From Selaginella moellendorffii (taxonomy: Eukaryota; Plantae; Lycopodiophyta), in the NCBI RefSeq assembly GCF_000143415.4, contig NW_003314284.1, positions 974,693 to 1,038,692 on the forward strand: 64,000 nucleotides of DNA, written 5' to 3'. Below, piece after piece: positions 11,501-24,957 of the stretch. The first letter of the stretch is position 1, and each line of letters starts with the position of its first letter. The notes beneath the pieces were generated by a model. It saw nothing but the letters and a program-made list of their open reading frames with translations, did no database searches and was not told where the DNA came from. Both the position numbers and the translations under genes were made by a program.

Positions 11501-14384
11501 AACTAGTGAAGGGGTTGGAGTTGACTTTGGTTGACTTAAACTTTAATAGATAATTTGTATGATGCGACTTAAAATGGGATGTTGACTTTTGGGGGCTAAG
11601 GCAATTGAGTTGGATAGAGTCTGGAGTTGGTGTAGAAAAATGGTTGTTGCACTTTTTTAAAAAGGGTGACCCTTGTGCCTTTCTTCTATAGCGTTTTGCT
11701 TGGTGATAGGTTGCATCTTGCATTTTGTTAGGCTCTATGAGAGTAGTGAGCTCTTACTAATCTTGATTTAGTCTTGGTGGCCCTGTGCTTTGGCTGAGGA
11801 TGGTAATGTAGAATTTATTTATTTGAAGTTGAGATGTTAGTACCCGTACTATAACTTTGTCTATGAGGAGGTTGTGTACCAATATGAATCCATCTCATGG
11901 TCTTCACTTTAGTTTCAGCTAAGTAGTAATCATGCATAGCTAGCTTCTTCAAAGCATGCTTAGAGCTATTGGCTAAACTCATTGGTAAGCTTATTGTGGT
12001 TGAGTTGAATTCGAGTGGTCATTTAGTTTATATTTGTCCATGAACCTTTATCTCATATCTGGGGTATTACGTTCATATTGGACAAATATATAACTTGATG
12101 GCGCGAGTTTAGTGTTCAGGTCTCGTGAAAGCAAGTTGAAGAGTGATTGTTAGTTGTTTTGCAACTAATTATTGCTTGTAGACTTCGTCAAGGACTGTTG
12201 ACACTTACTTCACTTGATGATGATTTAGTAATGATGTACTTACTTTACCGAATAGTGTTGCAAAGAATCGTATTGTTAGTCTTACATGGGTTTTCCATGT
12301 TAGCATATCAACTTTACCTCTATTGATATTATTTGGTTGCGTTTAGTTCGTAGTATTGGATTTCATTTAGTCTTGGATGTGATGAATCACTCCTTGATGA
12401 TATGTTATCTGTAACTGAGTTTTGCTGAAGGATTGGTCTCGGATACTGAGCCTAGGGGGGAGGGGCTACAGGGATAGTGAGGTCCAGGAACCAGTCTTGA
12501 AGGAACTCTCTAGTGGTGCTTCCAAACTGACTTGAGGTTGAGACTGGGGCCGAAGGGCCTTGGGTGGGAGTGAGCATGGGCTTGGGTGGTGCCGGAGGGG
12601 CAATCCAAGGAAGTGTTCAAGAGCAGCTCCCACTCCCGAAAAGGAAACCGATTGCGGTGCTCCCGGCTCATGTGGAGTGGTGCCCCACTTGAATACCTTG
12701 TGGCTCATTGGTCCTCGCCCTTCCTAGGGGCTTGGGCCTTCCCTTCGGGATGGAAGTGGGGGGGTAAAGGTACCCATACCGGGCCGTTAGGCCACGGTGT
12801 TTCGCCCCAACGTCCCGAAGCAAGTGCTGCACCCAAGGCTTGGGATTTAGAGAGTCCCATGATCAAGTCTTGTTGTACCAAGGGGTGTTAGGAACCTGGA
12901 GGCTTGCTGTGCTTGGTTGCTTGTGCCTGCGGGGAGTGTAGCCGAACCTTAAGTCCAGTCTAACCCGAGGAGGGGGATTGGGAGAGATTTGGGAATCCCT
13001 AGATGGATGGCTAACACTCCGTTGCTCGTGTAGTGAGTAGCTGAAACCAAGTAGGACCAAGTAGGAGCTGGTACAATAGGCGAGAACCTTGGCAAGGGAA
13101 CTTAGCACAAGCCAAGGCAGTGTTGGTCGGATAGACGAGGTAAGCTGGCAAATTGGAAAGGAAAAATTTGTGGCTAACAATTTGGTATTGGAGCTAACAA
13201 CCGTGAACTTTTTCTGGAGTTGTTTCCTTAGCGGTATTCTAGACTAGAGTATGCATCGACGAGGACGTCAATCTTCCCTAAGGGGGGGAGAGTATCGCGA
13301 ATGTGATTTCGAGTATCAAAAGTTACCTATTGCCTAGTCCTTTCGGATATTCTTTCCTTACTGCCACGATGGCAGGAGGTCGGTATTGCTGGACCCATTA
13401 TCAGTTCGCACTTAAGATAGTTGAGAAATTGGTCAATGAACATGCACTTAAATTGGATAAACATAAGGTAAGAACCCTATGTATTTCTTGCTAATCATAC
13501 TCAGCCTGGTTTGAGAAACCTGTGTCATTGGCTTACACTTGCTAGTGTCAAGAACCTCCACAATATTGAGCTTGGTCCCTTAATATCGCTAAATGATAGA
13601 TTACCGTGTCTACCAAACACCCTCGTTATTATGCCTTTTGTGTTAGTCTCATTTCAGTCCCAAATGCTATTTATGGAAAGTGTCCAAATTTGCTCATTTG
13701 GCATATCTATGGAATGTAGAGATTGACATGAATACAATGGTGTTCGTCCCATGTCCAAATTCGTAATCTAGGGACATTCCATATTTAGTAAGTTTCAAGC
13801 TTGTTCCAGAGACTAACTCTTGATACTAAGGGAGGCTTGGGGTGAAAGCCCAAAGTGTGTGTTCCTCAAGGGGGGGGTTATGAGGGGTTCCAAATGTATA
13901 ATAGGGATAGTAGGTAGGTTGGGGCATGGCCGATCAACTTGAGGCATAGTTTAGCTCCCACTTGCGCACCTGTCCTTGTTTTGCGTCTGGCTTGGGTCTA
14001 AACCCAAGTTCCATTCCATGCTACCTAGTGGAGTACCTATATCCTCACGTTAGGCCACTGGTATGCCGAAATAGCGCCAAACTCTGTTTGGCTCTGTTTT
14101 GCATGCTAGTCCTAGCATTGGGATGTTAGTTGCTCTAAAGTTGCTCCTTGCTTCTGTCCCTTCGCTCCTTTGGCTATATGCTTGAGAATCGTTCCGTGCT
14201 TTAGTGCCTTAGCTCCATGCTTGGGAGTTTGGCACCGTTTCTTTGTTCAGTGGCACAAGGCCCTGAACCTTGGGTTCCACACCACTGTCTTATGGACACG
14301 TGGCATGTGACACGTGGCAGATGGATTGTGGTTATCCTATGGTAAATCACCATAGGATAAAGGGTCAAAACCACGTGCGCTATA
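8555..14384 (+). mobile_element. Nested family B LTR element: LTRs 8555-9676 and 13293-14384, PBS 9679-9690, PPT 13280-13292
   Basis: Two homologous LTRs, TGGTATTAAAGG PBS, AAGGGGGGGAGAG PPT, near-TSD GATAT/GATTT. Confidence 0.85.
12451..13194 (+). mobile_element. 5'-truncated family A LTR plus PBS embedded in the family B element
   Basis: Homologous to the reverse complement of 1650-2350; ends GGCTAACA ATT TGGTATTGGAGC. Confidence 0.85.
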
Positions 14385-16529
14385 GATTTAAAATCACAAT
14401 ATTTTGATCATCAATTGAGCAACACAACGAGCAATGCCATTATTATTACTTCAAAGATTTATGTGAGTATCAAATACTAACTCAGTTCAATAAAATGCAA
14501 CATAAATGCCACATCCCACCGATAGAAATTTACAACACCTAAGGCCACTAACTTTTGTTCACAACACTGACAAGCTCATGCCACTCTTTTTCTAACCAAA
14601 CTCAAAACTAATCCAACACCAAGCTACTCAAAAAGTAATAGCAAGGTTTCCCGGAAAAGAATTGAGCATTGTAACCCAAATCTTCCAATAGCAAGCATAG
14701 ACAAAATGGTTTGGTGCTTCACTATTATCCATCCCATGACTCACCACTTATAAAACTATCATTTCTAACTTGTATCAAAGTAGGGACTCTTGATTGCATG
14801 ATGTGAATATGAGCAATGAGTCATACCTCGTTGCAAATTATCTTTTCAAGAAGAGAAAATGATTTACATGTTTGATACTTTGTCCCTAAAAACTCTCTTT
14901 TCAGTCTCATATTTGACTAAACCTCAAGCTTGTGTTTGCACTGCCTTCAGTCCAATCTAAGAAAGTTTATGAGAGAGCACGGCAATGATTACTTGAATCA
15001 ATAGACTTATCCCTATAGTCTTGATTGTTCCACTTATAATCATGCCTCGGAAGGATCCATTAGTGCCGTGCTAAACAACTACGGACCGGAATGTTTACTT
15101 TCACCCATGGTACAAGGAACAACTCATGGAACCATTGATAACTAACACTAATCTTGCCAACTCAAAGTATAACCTTGAGTTGCTAATGTGCCTCACTCAC
15201 GAGCCCAAGCACAAACTCGTGCAAACGGAACAACTTAATCCCTCTTATGAGCCCAAGAGTAAGCTCACATAATATGGTATAAAAGGTAACCAGAATCCAT
15301 ACCCAGGAATGAATATGAAGTCTTTGCACCCAAACGTGACCCACTTGGATCATTGTTTTCATCTCTGTATATGCAATGAGACTAGTTGCCCAATCTCATT
15401 AGATAGTACTCGTCGAGACTCATTCTCTAATACCAAATGTAGCGCACATGGTATTTACCTTTTATCCTATGGTGATTTACTGTAGGATAACCACAAAACA
15501 GAACCTAAACCCTCCATGTGCCACGTGTCATATGCCACGTGTCCAAAGGACAATAGTGTGGAACCCAAGTTTCAGGGCCTTGGACCATTGAATGAAGGAA
15601 CGGTACCAAACTCCCAAGGAGCAACAAAACTGGACCACGGAGCAACTCCTGAGCATACAACCCAAGGAGCAAAGGGATAGAAGCATGGAGCAACTTGGAT
15701 CAGTCCTAGAGCAACTAGCATCTTAATGCCAGAACCAACACGCAAAATGGAGCTAAACAGAGATTAGTGCTATTTCAACATACCAGTGGCCTAACACAAG
15801 GATATGGGTACTCCACCAGCTAACATGGAATGGAACTTGGGCTTAAACTCAATTTAGACGCAGAACAAGACGCAAGTGGGAGCTAGACTATGCCTCAGGT
15901 TGGTTGGCCATACCCAACTTACCCACTATCCCTACTATACATTTAGAACCCCTGAGGAACACACGCTTTGGGCTTTCACCCCAAGCCTCCCTTAGTATCA
16001 GGAGTTATTCTCTGGGATAAGCTCGAAACTTATTAAATATGGAATGTTTCTAGATTGCAAATTTGGACACGGGACAAACACCATTGTGTTTTGGACGATC
16101 TCTACACTCCGTAAATATACCAAATGATCAAATTTGGACACTTTCCATTAATAGCATTTGGGATTGGAATGAGACTAACATAAAAGAGCATGATAGCGAG
16201 GGTATTTGGCAAACACAATAAACTATCATCCAGCGATATTGAGGGACTAGTCTCAATATGCAAGGGTTCTTGTCAAGGCAGTGCAAGACAGAGCAAAAGA
16301 GAACTAAGAGCCAAGCCAAGTATTCTCAGTTAGAAACACATAAGAATTCCTACCTTATTTCCATTTGGCTAAATACAGGTGCTAAGCCTAATAAACTAAC
16401 ACTTGAACAAGAGGGGTTGATAAAGGGAACTAACAATACCGACCTCCTGCTGTCGTGGTAGTAAGGAAAGAGTGTCTGTAAAGACTGGCTGATAGATGAC
16501 TTTCAATACCCGAAGTCACATTCGTGACA

Positions 16530-17282
16530 GTTCCTTTTTCAATTTGGCGGGATACTATCACAAGTTTGTCTACAATTTTGCAAGAATTGCCTTTTCATTG
16601 ATTGAGTTAACAAAGAGTAATATATCATTTTATTAGACACTAGCTTGTCAATATGCTTTTGTACAGTTGAAGGAGATCTTGACTACGGTTCCTATTTTCA
16701 GGATTCTAGATCTTGATAAACCCTTCGAAGTCCATTGTGATGCATCTGGCTATGCTATAGATGCCATGTTACAGCAAGATTGTGACAAAGCAGTTGGTGT
16801 TACGCTAAGGCGACATGGTTGTTCCGTTGCATTCTATTCCAAGAAATTGAATGAAACCCAACAAAGATGGCCAACACATGAGAAAGAAATGTTTGCTATA
16901 GTGTCAGCATTGGAACATTGGAGACACTATTTGGGTGGCCATACCAAGGTTCATACAAATAGTAACACACTGAGCTACTTTGCTATGCAGTCTAAGCTTA
17001 CAGCGAAGTAGGCTCGTTGGCAAGAGAAGCTCGCTAGATTTGATATTGAAATCATCTATAAACCTGGTAAAGACAATATTCTTCTAGATGTGTTGAGTCA
17101 TCAAGCTAGTTCCAGGCAATATCGGCAATTAGTTCAAACTGGTTAGAGGATGTTCGGGCTTCGTATGGAAGTGATCCATTGGCAAAGACAATCTTGCACT
17201 GTGCGGAGTTGTCGAAGCAAAACCTTGGTAGTGAAGCGGCAAAAGTTGCTAGTCGAACCAATATGAAACTTCACTTTTCAAT
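16530..17282 (+). pseudogene. Gypsy RT-end/RNase H fragment (paralog of 21508-22265)
   Basis: PFEVHCDASGYAI, YSKKLNETQQRWPTHEKEMFAIV, IIYKPGKDN motifs; stops. Confidence 0.85.
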
Positions 17283-20200
17283 TCGGGGCTATGAGGAGTT
17301 CCAAATGTATAGTAGGGATAGTGGTTGGAATGCATGTTTGACCACTTGAAACATTAGTTTGGCTCCCACTGGGCCATGTTTTCCCTTGTTTTGCATTTAA
17401 CCTAGGTCTAAGCCTAAGCTCCATACTACTCTAGTCGGTGGGGTACCCTCCTCCTCGTGTTATGCCACCAGTATGCCAAAATTGCGTTACACTCTATTTG
17501 ATACCATTTTGCATGCAGGTGCTGAATACGGGGAGCTGGTGCTTGTGGGATTGTACCAAACCCTCGTTTGGTAATGCAATGAGCGTGAAGTTTGGTTCCA
17601 AATTCATGTGCGCTACATTTGGTATTAGAGGGAGGTCTTAGCGATTCCTATCCAACTTTTTTCAAATTTGTTGACTTACGTTGCATACACAGAGACTTTT
17701 CTAGTAGATTTTAAGCGACCAGCATAAGATTAGTTGGATTGCACCATTCGGTAAGAACATTGTATGCATGTTTAGTTACTAATAGAGGTATGCATGCAGC
17801 TAGTGGGATGGTGAAAAGGAACTGTGCTGATAACGCTAAAACCTTTAGACAAGTGAATTGAGAGGAAGAAACTCCTGCAAAGGGAAGTTCACAAATTGAA
17901 GAAGGACAACAAGAAGAGGAAGAAAAAAGTTGAGGAAGCTAAACTAGCTAAATCTAAGCAACCAGACTCCTCTTCAAGTTTTGACGACGATGAAGTTTTG
18001 CAACCACCTTACACAAGTTTCAAAGTTCAAGCCTTCAAAACCACCCAATTTTAGAGGCATGCAGGACTATTAGGTTTTGGAAGACTAGGTATACGATAGG
18101 GAAAATTATTTCATAGCGGTAGATGTAGATGATCATAGGAAAGTTGCGTGCATGCAATCCTTTCTCAGATCATGCCAAAACTTGGTGGCGCCAAATGTGT
18201 GCTGAAAAAGGGTAGACTAGAAGTTAGACCAAGATGCGGTCTTGTATCCATAAGGAATACTTGCCAGATGATCTTGGTCTGAGACTTCACACAGAGCTGT
18301 GGTAGTTAAAGCAGCAAGGGGACCTTATGCATTATGTTAATACGTTTGCTCAGAAGCGCATTATGATTGCAAATATGAGTGATGAAGATGCTCGAAGTTA
18401 TTTCCTGGACGGTTTGGGTTCACTTTCTTGCAATGAGATTTTGAAGTTTAAGCCAAAAATGTACCTAGAGTATAAGGAGGTAGCACAACAAGTTGCCTTT
18501 AGTCACTCACTCATTGAACAATATCAACAACTGTATGCTAGTACCTCAAACAAGAATAAGAATTCTAGGAATAAGCAAGGTGATCGGAAATAGAGGGTGG
18601 AAGGAATGTTCCACCCTAGAGGCTCACAAATAACAATTAACAAATATGGTGGTGGTTGGTGACCATTAGCAGCTTCTTCTGGTCCTAGGCCCTTTGTTCC
18701 TCCTCTTGGTGGGTACAAATAGCAGCAACCTATGAAATCTGCTCTAGGTAGAATGGGTAGTGTGGGTTATTGCTTCCATTGTGGAGAGTCAAGACATAGG
18801 TCCTCGAGATATCCCAACAAACATAAAACAAGGTCTTGTGTTAATGTCATAAGGGAAGACAGTGGTGGTGAAGTTAAGGGGGTTGACAAGTTGGTCAATA
18901 CAAACTATAAGGAACAGGAGATGAGTTACTTTCATTACTTTCCTCAAGCTTTTCTCACAATCAATGCAAACACTAATCTATTGATGTATCTGGTAAGCTT
19001 TGTCCCCAGACATTGAATCCGAGTCATGATTGATACGGGAGCTACATAAAGTGTGATATCCAAAGATTTAGTTAAATTGTTAAGATTGAATACTGAGCAA
19101 ATGTTGCCCATACACTTTTGGTTTGTAAAAGGTGGGCAAGTAGCCAGAAAATTTGTGAGTGATGTTCCAATAAAAATATCCAAGTGGAAAGAAAGAGTGG
19201 ACTTGGTAGTGTTGAAGATACCAAATTTTCAGATGGTGTTTGGTATGGATTTCTTCAATAAATATATTAAAGAGATTGATAGTGCTAGACAAAATTGCAT
19301 CACATTGAGGTTAGAAGGATGTCCTAATGTGTCCTCCAGTTGCAAAAGTGCTCCTCAAAGGATTGGGATGCTAAGTTCTTGATTGCAAGAGCCGCTCGAA
19401 AAACAGCTAAGAATTGATGTCAAACCTTTTGGATTCAAGTGATGGAAGTTGAGGGTGATTGTCGCGAATGTGACTTCGGGTATCGAAAGATACTTGTCAG
19501 CCAGTCCTTATAGACACTCTCTCCTTACTGCCATGACAGCAGAAGGTTGGTACAATTGGTTCCCTTTATCATTCCCATTTGAGCTAGTTGAGAAATTAGT
19601 CAATGACCTTGTACTTAAATTGGATAAACATAAGGTAGGAACCTTATGTGTTTCTTGTTGAGCATACTCAGTTTGGTTTGAGAAACTTGTGTCATTGTCT
19701 TGCACTTGCTAGTATCAGGAACCCCCGTGATATTGAGATTAGTCCCTCAATATTTGCTAGATGATATCTTACCGTGTCTGCCAAACACCCTCGCTATCAT
19801 GCCCTTTGTGTTTACTTTTTATAATTTTTATAGAAGTGCTCCCACCTGTAAATGTATGTATTTATAAACTGTCTTAAGTGAACTTTCTATGTATTTTCAC
19901 AGCTGCAGTCCCTTTGGATTGGTGGACAGAGAAAAATTTATCATAGAATGATTCCATTTTGCATGCATGGAGCTTTGGGTCATTCATCAAACGATTTGTT
20001 TTTTTCTACTATAGTGGAGCTGGGATCCTGGCTCAAGTGTAAACTATAAAAGGCTGGAAAAGTGCACAAGATTTATCACCCAGATTAAAATTCTTTCAAA
20101 ACATGCAGGTCCCGAATGCTATTTATGGAAAGTGTCTAGATTCGCTCATATGGCATATCTACAGAATGTAGAGATTAGCCTAAACACAATGGTGTTTGTC

Positions 20201-23200
20201 CTATGCCCAAATTCGCAATCTAAGGATATTCCATATTTAGTAAGTTTCGAGCTTGTCCTAGAGACTAACTCCTGGTACTAAGGGAGGCTTGGGGTGAAAG
20301 CCCAAAGTGTGTGTTCCTCAAGAAGGGGGGGGGCTATAGGGGGTTCCAAATGTATAGTAGGGATAGTGGTTGGAATGCATGTCTGACCACTTGAGACATT
20401 AGTTTGGCTCCCACTGGGCTGTGTCATTCCTTGTTCTGTGTCCGACTTGGGTTTAAGCCCAAGCTCCATGCTGCTCTAATCAGTGGGGTACCCTCCTCCT
20501 CTTGTTAGGACACTGGTATGCCAAAATTGTGCCAAATTCCGTTTAACACCATTTTGTGTGCAGGTGCTGGATACGGGGAGCTAGTGCTCGTGGGATTGTA
20601 CCGGACTCTTGTTTTGTAGCGCAACGGGCTTAGAGTTCGGCTCCAAATTCAAGTGTGCTACAGTGATGGTGACTCAATTTAAATTGGTGACAGGGTTGAT
20701 ACTGTACCAAATATACTAGATATTAGAGTTGTTGGTGTGGAATCAAAATATCTTTTTGAAGGATTTTCTACTAGGGCTACCTTTTAGCCATAAGGTTGAT
20801 TATCAAATTGAGGTCTTTCCGAGTTCTAAACCACCTACAAAAACTCCGTATCATTTAAACATCAAGGAGATGGCTAAACTCGAGAAGCAACTCACAGAGC
20901 TTCTTGATTGACAAAGGTCATATTTGACTAAACAAGTCATCTTATGAAGTGCTAGTTCTTTTTGTTATGAAAAATGATGGAACTATATTGACTATTGAGC
21001 ACTTAACAAGATCACAATCAAAATTTATCTTGTATTGATGACTTTTTTAACCAACTCTTAAAGGCTAAGTATTTTATGCAACTTAATTTGTGGTCCAGGT
21101 ATCATCAGATATGAGTGGCGGATCAAGATGTGGTGAAGACAGCCTTTAAGACTCGATATAAATCTTATGAGTTCCTTGTCATGCCATTTGGGTTATGCAA
21201 TGCTCTAGCAACATTCAACACAATGATGAATAGAATATTTAGAGATTATTTGGACACATTTGTTGTCTTATATATTAACAATGTTCTAGTCTTTAGTGAA
21301 ATGTTGGAGGATCATTTGAAACACTTTGAGTTGGTGTTTCAAAAATTGCGTGAACACAAATTGTATGCTAAGGAAAGTAAATGTGCTTTTGGACAATTGC
21401 ACATGAACTTTCTTGGACATATAATTGGTGTGGCTTAATTGAGGTGGATCCAAAGAAGGTGGAAGTGGTGAAGTCCTAGGAAATCCCGACCACTATATCA
21501 AATGTTTGTTCCTTTCTAGGTTTGGCAGGATACTATTGCAAGTTTGTCTGCAATTTTGCAAGAGTTGCTCTTTAGTTGACTGAGTTAATGAAAAATAGTA
21601 TACTATTTCATTGGACACTAGCTTGTCAGCGTGTTTTTATATGGTTGAAGGAGATCTTGACTACGGTTCCTGTTCTCAGGATCCCGAATCTTGATAAACC
21701 CTTTGAAGTGCATTGTGATGCATTTGGCTATGCTATAGATGCTATATTATAACAAGATTGTGACAAAGCGGTTGGTGTTAGGCTAAGGCGACATGGTTGT
21801 CCCGTTGCATTCTATTCCAAGAAATTGGATGAAACCCAATAAAGATGGCCAATGCATGAGAAAGAGATGTTTGCCATAATGTCTGCATTAGAACACTATA
21901 GACATTATTTGGGTGGACATACCAAGGTTTATACAGATAGTAACACATTGAGCTACTTTGCTACGCAACTTAAGCTTACGCTAAAGTAGGCTCGTTGGTA
22001 AGAGAAGCTCGCTAGATTTGATATTGAAATCATCTATAAACCTAGTAAAGGCAATATTATTCTAAATGCATTGAGTCGTCAGGCTCAGTTTTGGGCAATA
22101 TCGGCAATCAGTTTGGACTGGTTGGAAGACGTTCGAGCTTCATATGGAAGTGATCAATTGGCAAAGGAAATCTTACACTGTATGGAGTTTTTGAAGCAAA
22201 ACCCTAGTAGCGAAGTGGCAAAAGTTGCTAGTCGAACAATGTTAAGCTTCACTTCTCAGTTCGGGATGGGCTTATATTCTATAAGCAAGAAAGATCATAT
22301 CTTCCCTCTAAGAATCTATAGTAGTTGTTTCTGCAAAAACATCATGATGTTCCAATAACGGGACATGGTGGAAAGTGAAAGACTCTAGCTTCATTGAAAA
22401 AGAGATTTTTCTGGTCTAGTATGGAACATGATGTAGCGGACTATGCCTGTTCTTGCCCTATATGCCAACAATGTAAATGCAGAACTGAGAAGCAAGTTAA
22501 AAAGTTGCAGTGCATTCTAGCACTAGTATGGCCATTTCAAAGTGTGATACTTAATTTTGTCACTTGCTTGCCGAAGTCTAAGGGTTATGATACTTTGATG
22601 GTGGTTGTGGATCGGTTGTTGAAGATTGCACACTTCATTCCAACTGTGGGAATAGTGAATGTGAAACAAGCAACAAAGTTTTTTTTTCGTAAAGTAGTGC
22701 GGGTTCGTGGTCTTCCTGAAGAGATGATCTCGGATAGAGATTTGAGATTTCTAGGGAAGTTTTGGGGCACACTATTCTAGCTATTTGGTACCAAGTTGAA
22801 GTTTAGTATGGCTTATCATCCACAAATTGATGGGCAGACCAAACATGTAGGTTAGGTCCGAGATCGAGTCTGAGACCAAGTTGAGGATTATCTGCGGTAC
22901 TATGTCGCGGTAGACCAATGTAACTGGGTTGAGTATTTGGACACAGCAAAATTTTGTTATAACAACACTTTTCACAATGCTATTGCTTGTTCTCCATGAG
23001 AGATGCTGTAAAGGAATGCTTGTGGGGTGCCTCAATAGATTGTTGTACTAAAACCAATGTCTGAAGTGTTGGTCCTTGCCATTGAGACTTATATGGAGCA
23101 ATTATGCCAAGGTTGGTCTAGAGCTACTGAGGCGATGGGCAAAGATCAAGATAGGTATCAATATAATAAGGATCAGCATCGTTGGGATGTATTCTATCAA

Positions 23201-23545
23201 GTGGAAGATCAAGTGTGGCTATCTTCCCAAAACTTAAATATTAAGGGATCTTTATCTAGGAAACTATTACCACAATATATTGGACCCTATCGGGTGTTGA
23301 AATGAATTGGTGATATATTCTATCGGTTAGATCTTCCTACAAAGATGTCCAATGTTCATAATGTATTTCATGCCAATCTATTGGCTCCTTACACTATGGA
23401 TGTTGCACGTCAAGGGGAGATTCGTCCACCACCAAAAGTTATGGATGGTGAACCTAAATATGAAGTGGATGCTATTTTAGCTACACGTTGGCTTAAATGT
23501 ACCAAACGTTGAGAGTATCTAATTAAGTGGAAAGGTTACCTAACT
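17283..23545 (+). mobile_element. Decayed autonomous-type chromovirus (Ty3/gypsy): truncated LTR 17283-17617, PBS 17620-17631, gag, PR, RT, RH, INT, chromodomain
   Basis: CFHC..H knuckle ~18770; IDTGAT ~19028; KTAF...VMPFGLCNA...YINNV (degenerate YxDD); RNase H ~21650-22080; integrase HHCC and ISDRD..F; chromodomain YEVDAILATR...EYLIKWKGY at 23455-23540. Many stops. Confidence 0.9.
19460..20662 (+). mobile_element. Solo LTR (family B type) inserted between PR and RT
   Basis: TG...CA with perfect 5-bp TSD GTGAT (19455-19459 and 20663-20667). Confidence 0.9.
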
Positions 23546-23758
23546 TGGATTCCATCTTAGGTCCATCTTAGACTCCATCTCGAGTCCATCTTAGACTCTA
23601 TCATAAACTCTATATTGGGTCTATCTTGAATCCATATCAAACTCCATCTTGAACTCTATCTCAAGTTTATATTGGACTCCATCATGGACTCCATCTTGGG
23701 TCCATTTTGGCTCCATATCAGACTTTATCTCGGACTCCATCTTGGATTCCTTCTTGGA

Positions 23759-24842
23759 CTCTACCTTGGACTTGTTCTTGACACTTCAATATGTCACAAT
23801 ATCTACCATGTGTTAGTCTTTCTTGTGTCCCTTTTTAGAAATTCCTTCACCAATTGCTTCATGCCCGTCCCTCGAGCATTTTGTTTAGAGTCACTCCCAC
23901 TCTCAACTTTCCAAGTCGGAGCCTTTGGTCCAAACATGTTATGCTTGTTAGACTTCTGCTTCGACCACTACCATGTGGCACCCTTTTTGCTCCACTTTGG
24001 ACCTTAAGGGTTGTGTCTCACAATGCCTAATAGTAGACATGATGGCCATGATTATGTCCTTGCCCTTGTTTTTGAACTCAAGCAGCAGCAACATCAACCT
24101 CTATTAAAATAGGACCATCTCTATCTTGAACTTGTTCTTAACATTTCAATGTGTCATAATACCTACCATGTGTTAGTCCTTCTTGTGTCCCTTTTTAGAG
24201 ATTCCTTCACCAATTGCTTCATGCTCATCCCTCGAGCATTTTGTTCAGAGTTCCACTCCCACTCTCAACTTTTCAAGTCAGAGCCTTTGGTCCAAACATG
24301 TTACGCTTGTTAGACTTCTGCTTCAACCACTACCATGTGGCACCCTTTTTGCTCCACTTTGGACCTTAAGGGTTGTGTCTCACAATGCCTAATAGTAGAC
24401 ATGATGGCCATGACTATGTCCTTGCCCTTGTTTTTGAACTCAAGCAGCAGCAACATCAACCTCTATTAAAATAGGACCATCTCTATCTTGAACTTGTTCT
24501 TAACATTTCAATGTGTCATAATACCTACCATGTGTTAGTCCTTCTTGTGTCCCTTTTTAGAGATTCCTTCACCAATTGCTTCATGCTCATCCCTCGAGCA
24601 TTTTGTTCAGAGTTCCACTCCCACTCTCAACTTTTCAAGTCAGAGCCTTTGGTCCAAACATGTTACGCTTGTTAGACTTCTGCTTCAACCACTACCATGT
24701 GGCACCCTTTTTGCTCCACTTTGGGGCTTAAAAGTTGTGTCTCACAATGCCTAATAGTGGACATAATGGCCATGAATTTGTCTTTGCCCTTGTTTTTGAA
24801 CTCAAGCAGTAGCAACATCAACCTCTATTGAAATAGGACCAT
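23759..24842. repeat. Three tandem ~362-bp units made of an LTR-C-like end plus flank
   Basis: Units start at ~23759, 24119 and 24481; units 2 and 3 are near-identical (duplicate ORFs at 24183 and 24545). Confidence 0.9.
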
Positions 24843-24957
24843 CTCCTATATGAAGTGAAGTTAAAGGACGTGCAATGAAAAGTGGAAGAAGATGATATCT
24901 AATAACATTATGCCAAGCCAAAAGCATTGTCAAAGGTTATTGGAGTAAGTGCATGCA

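Larger units (their letters stand above)
5200..16529 (-). mobile_element. Family B LTR element (host copy) with apparently non-coding internal region, split by a nested copy at 8555-14384; 5' LTR 15438-16529, PBS 15424-15435
   Basis: ~6820-8554 and 14385-15420 are the reverse complement of 9690-12450 and join across the insertion. LTR 15438-16529 is the reverse complement of LTR 8555-9676. Left boundary approximate. Confidence 0.8.
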
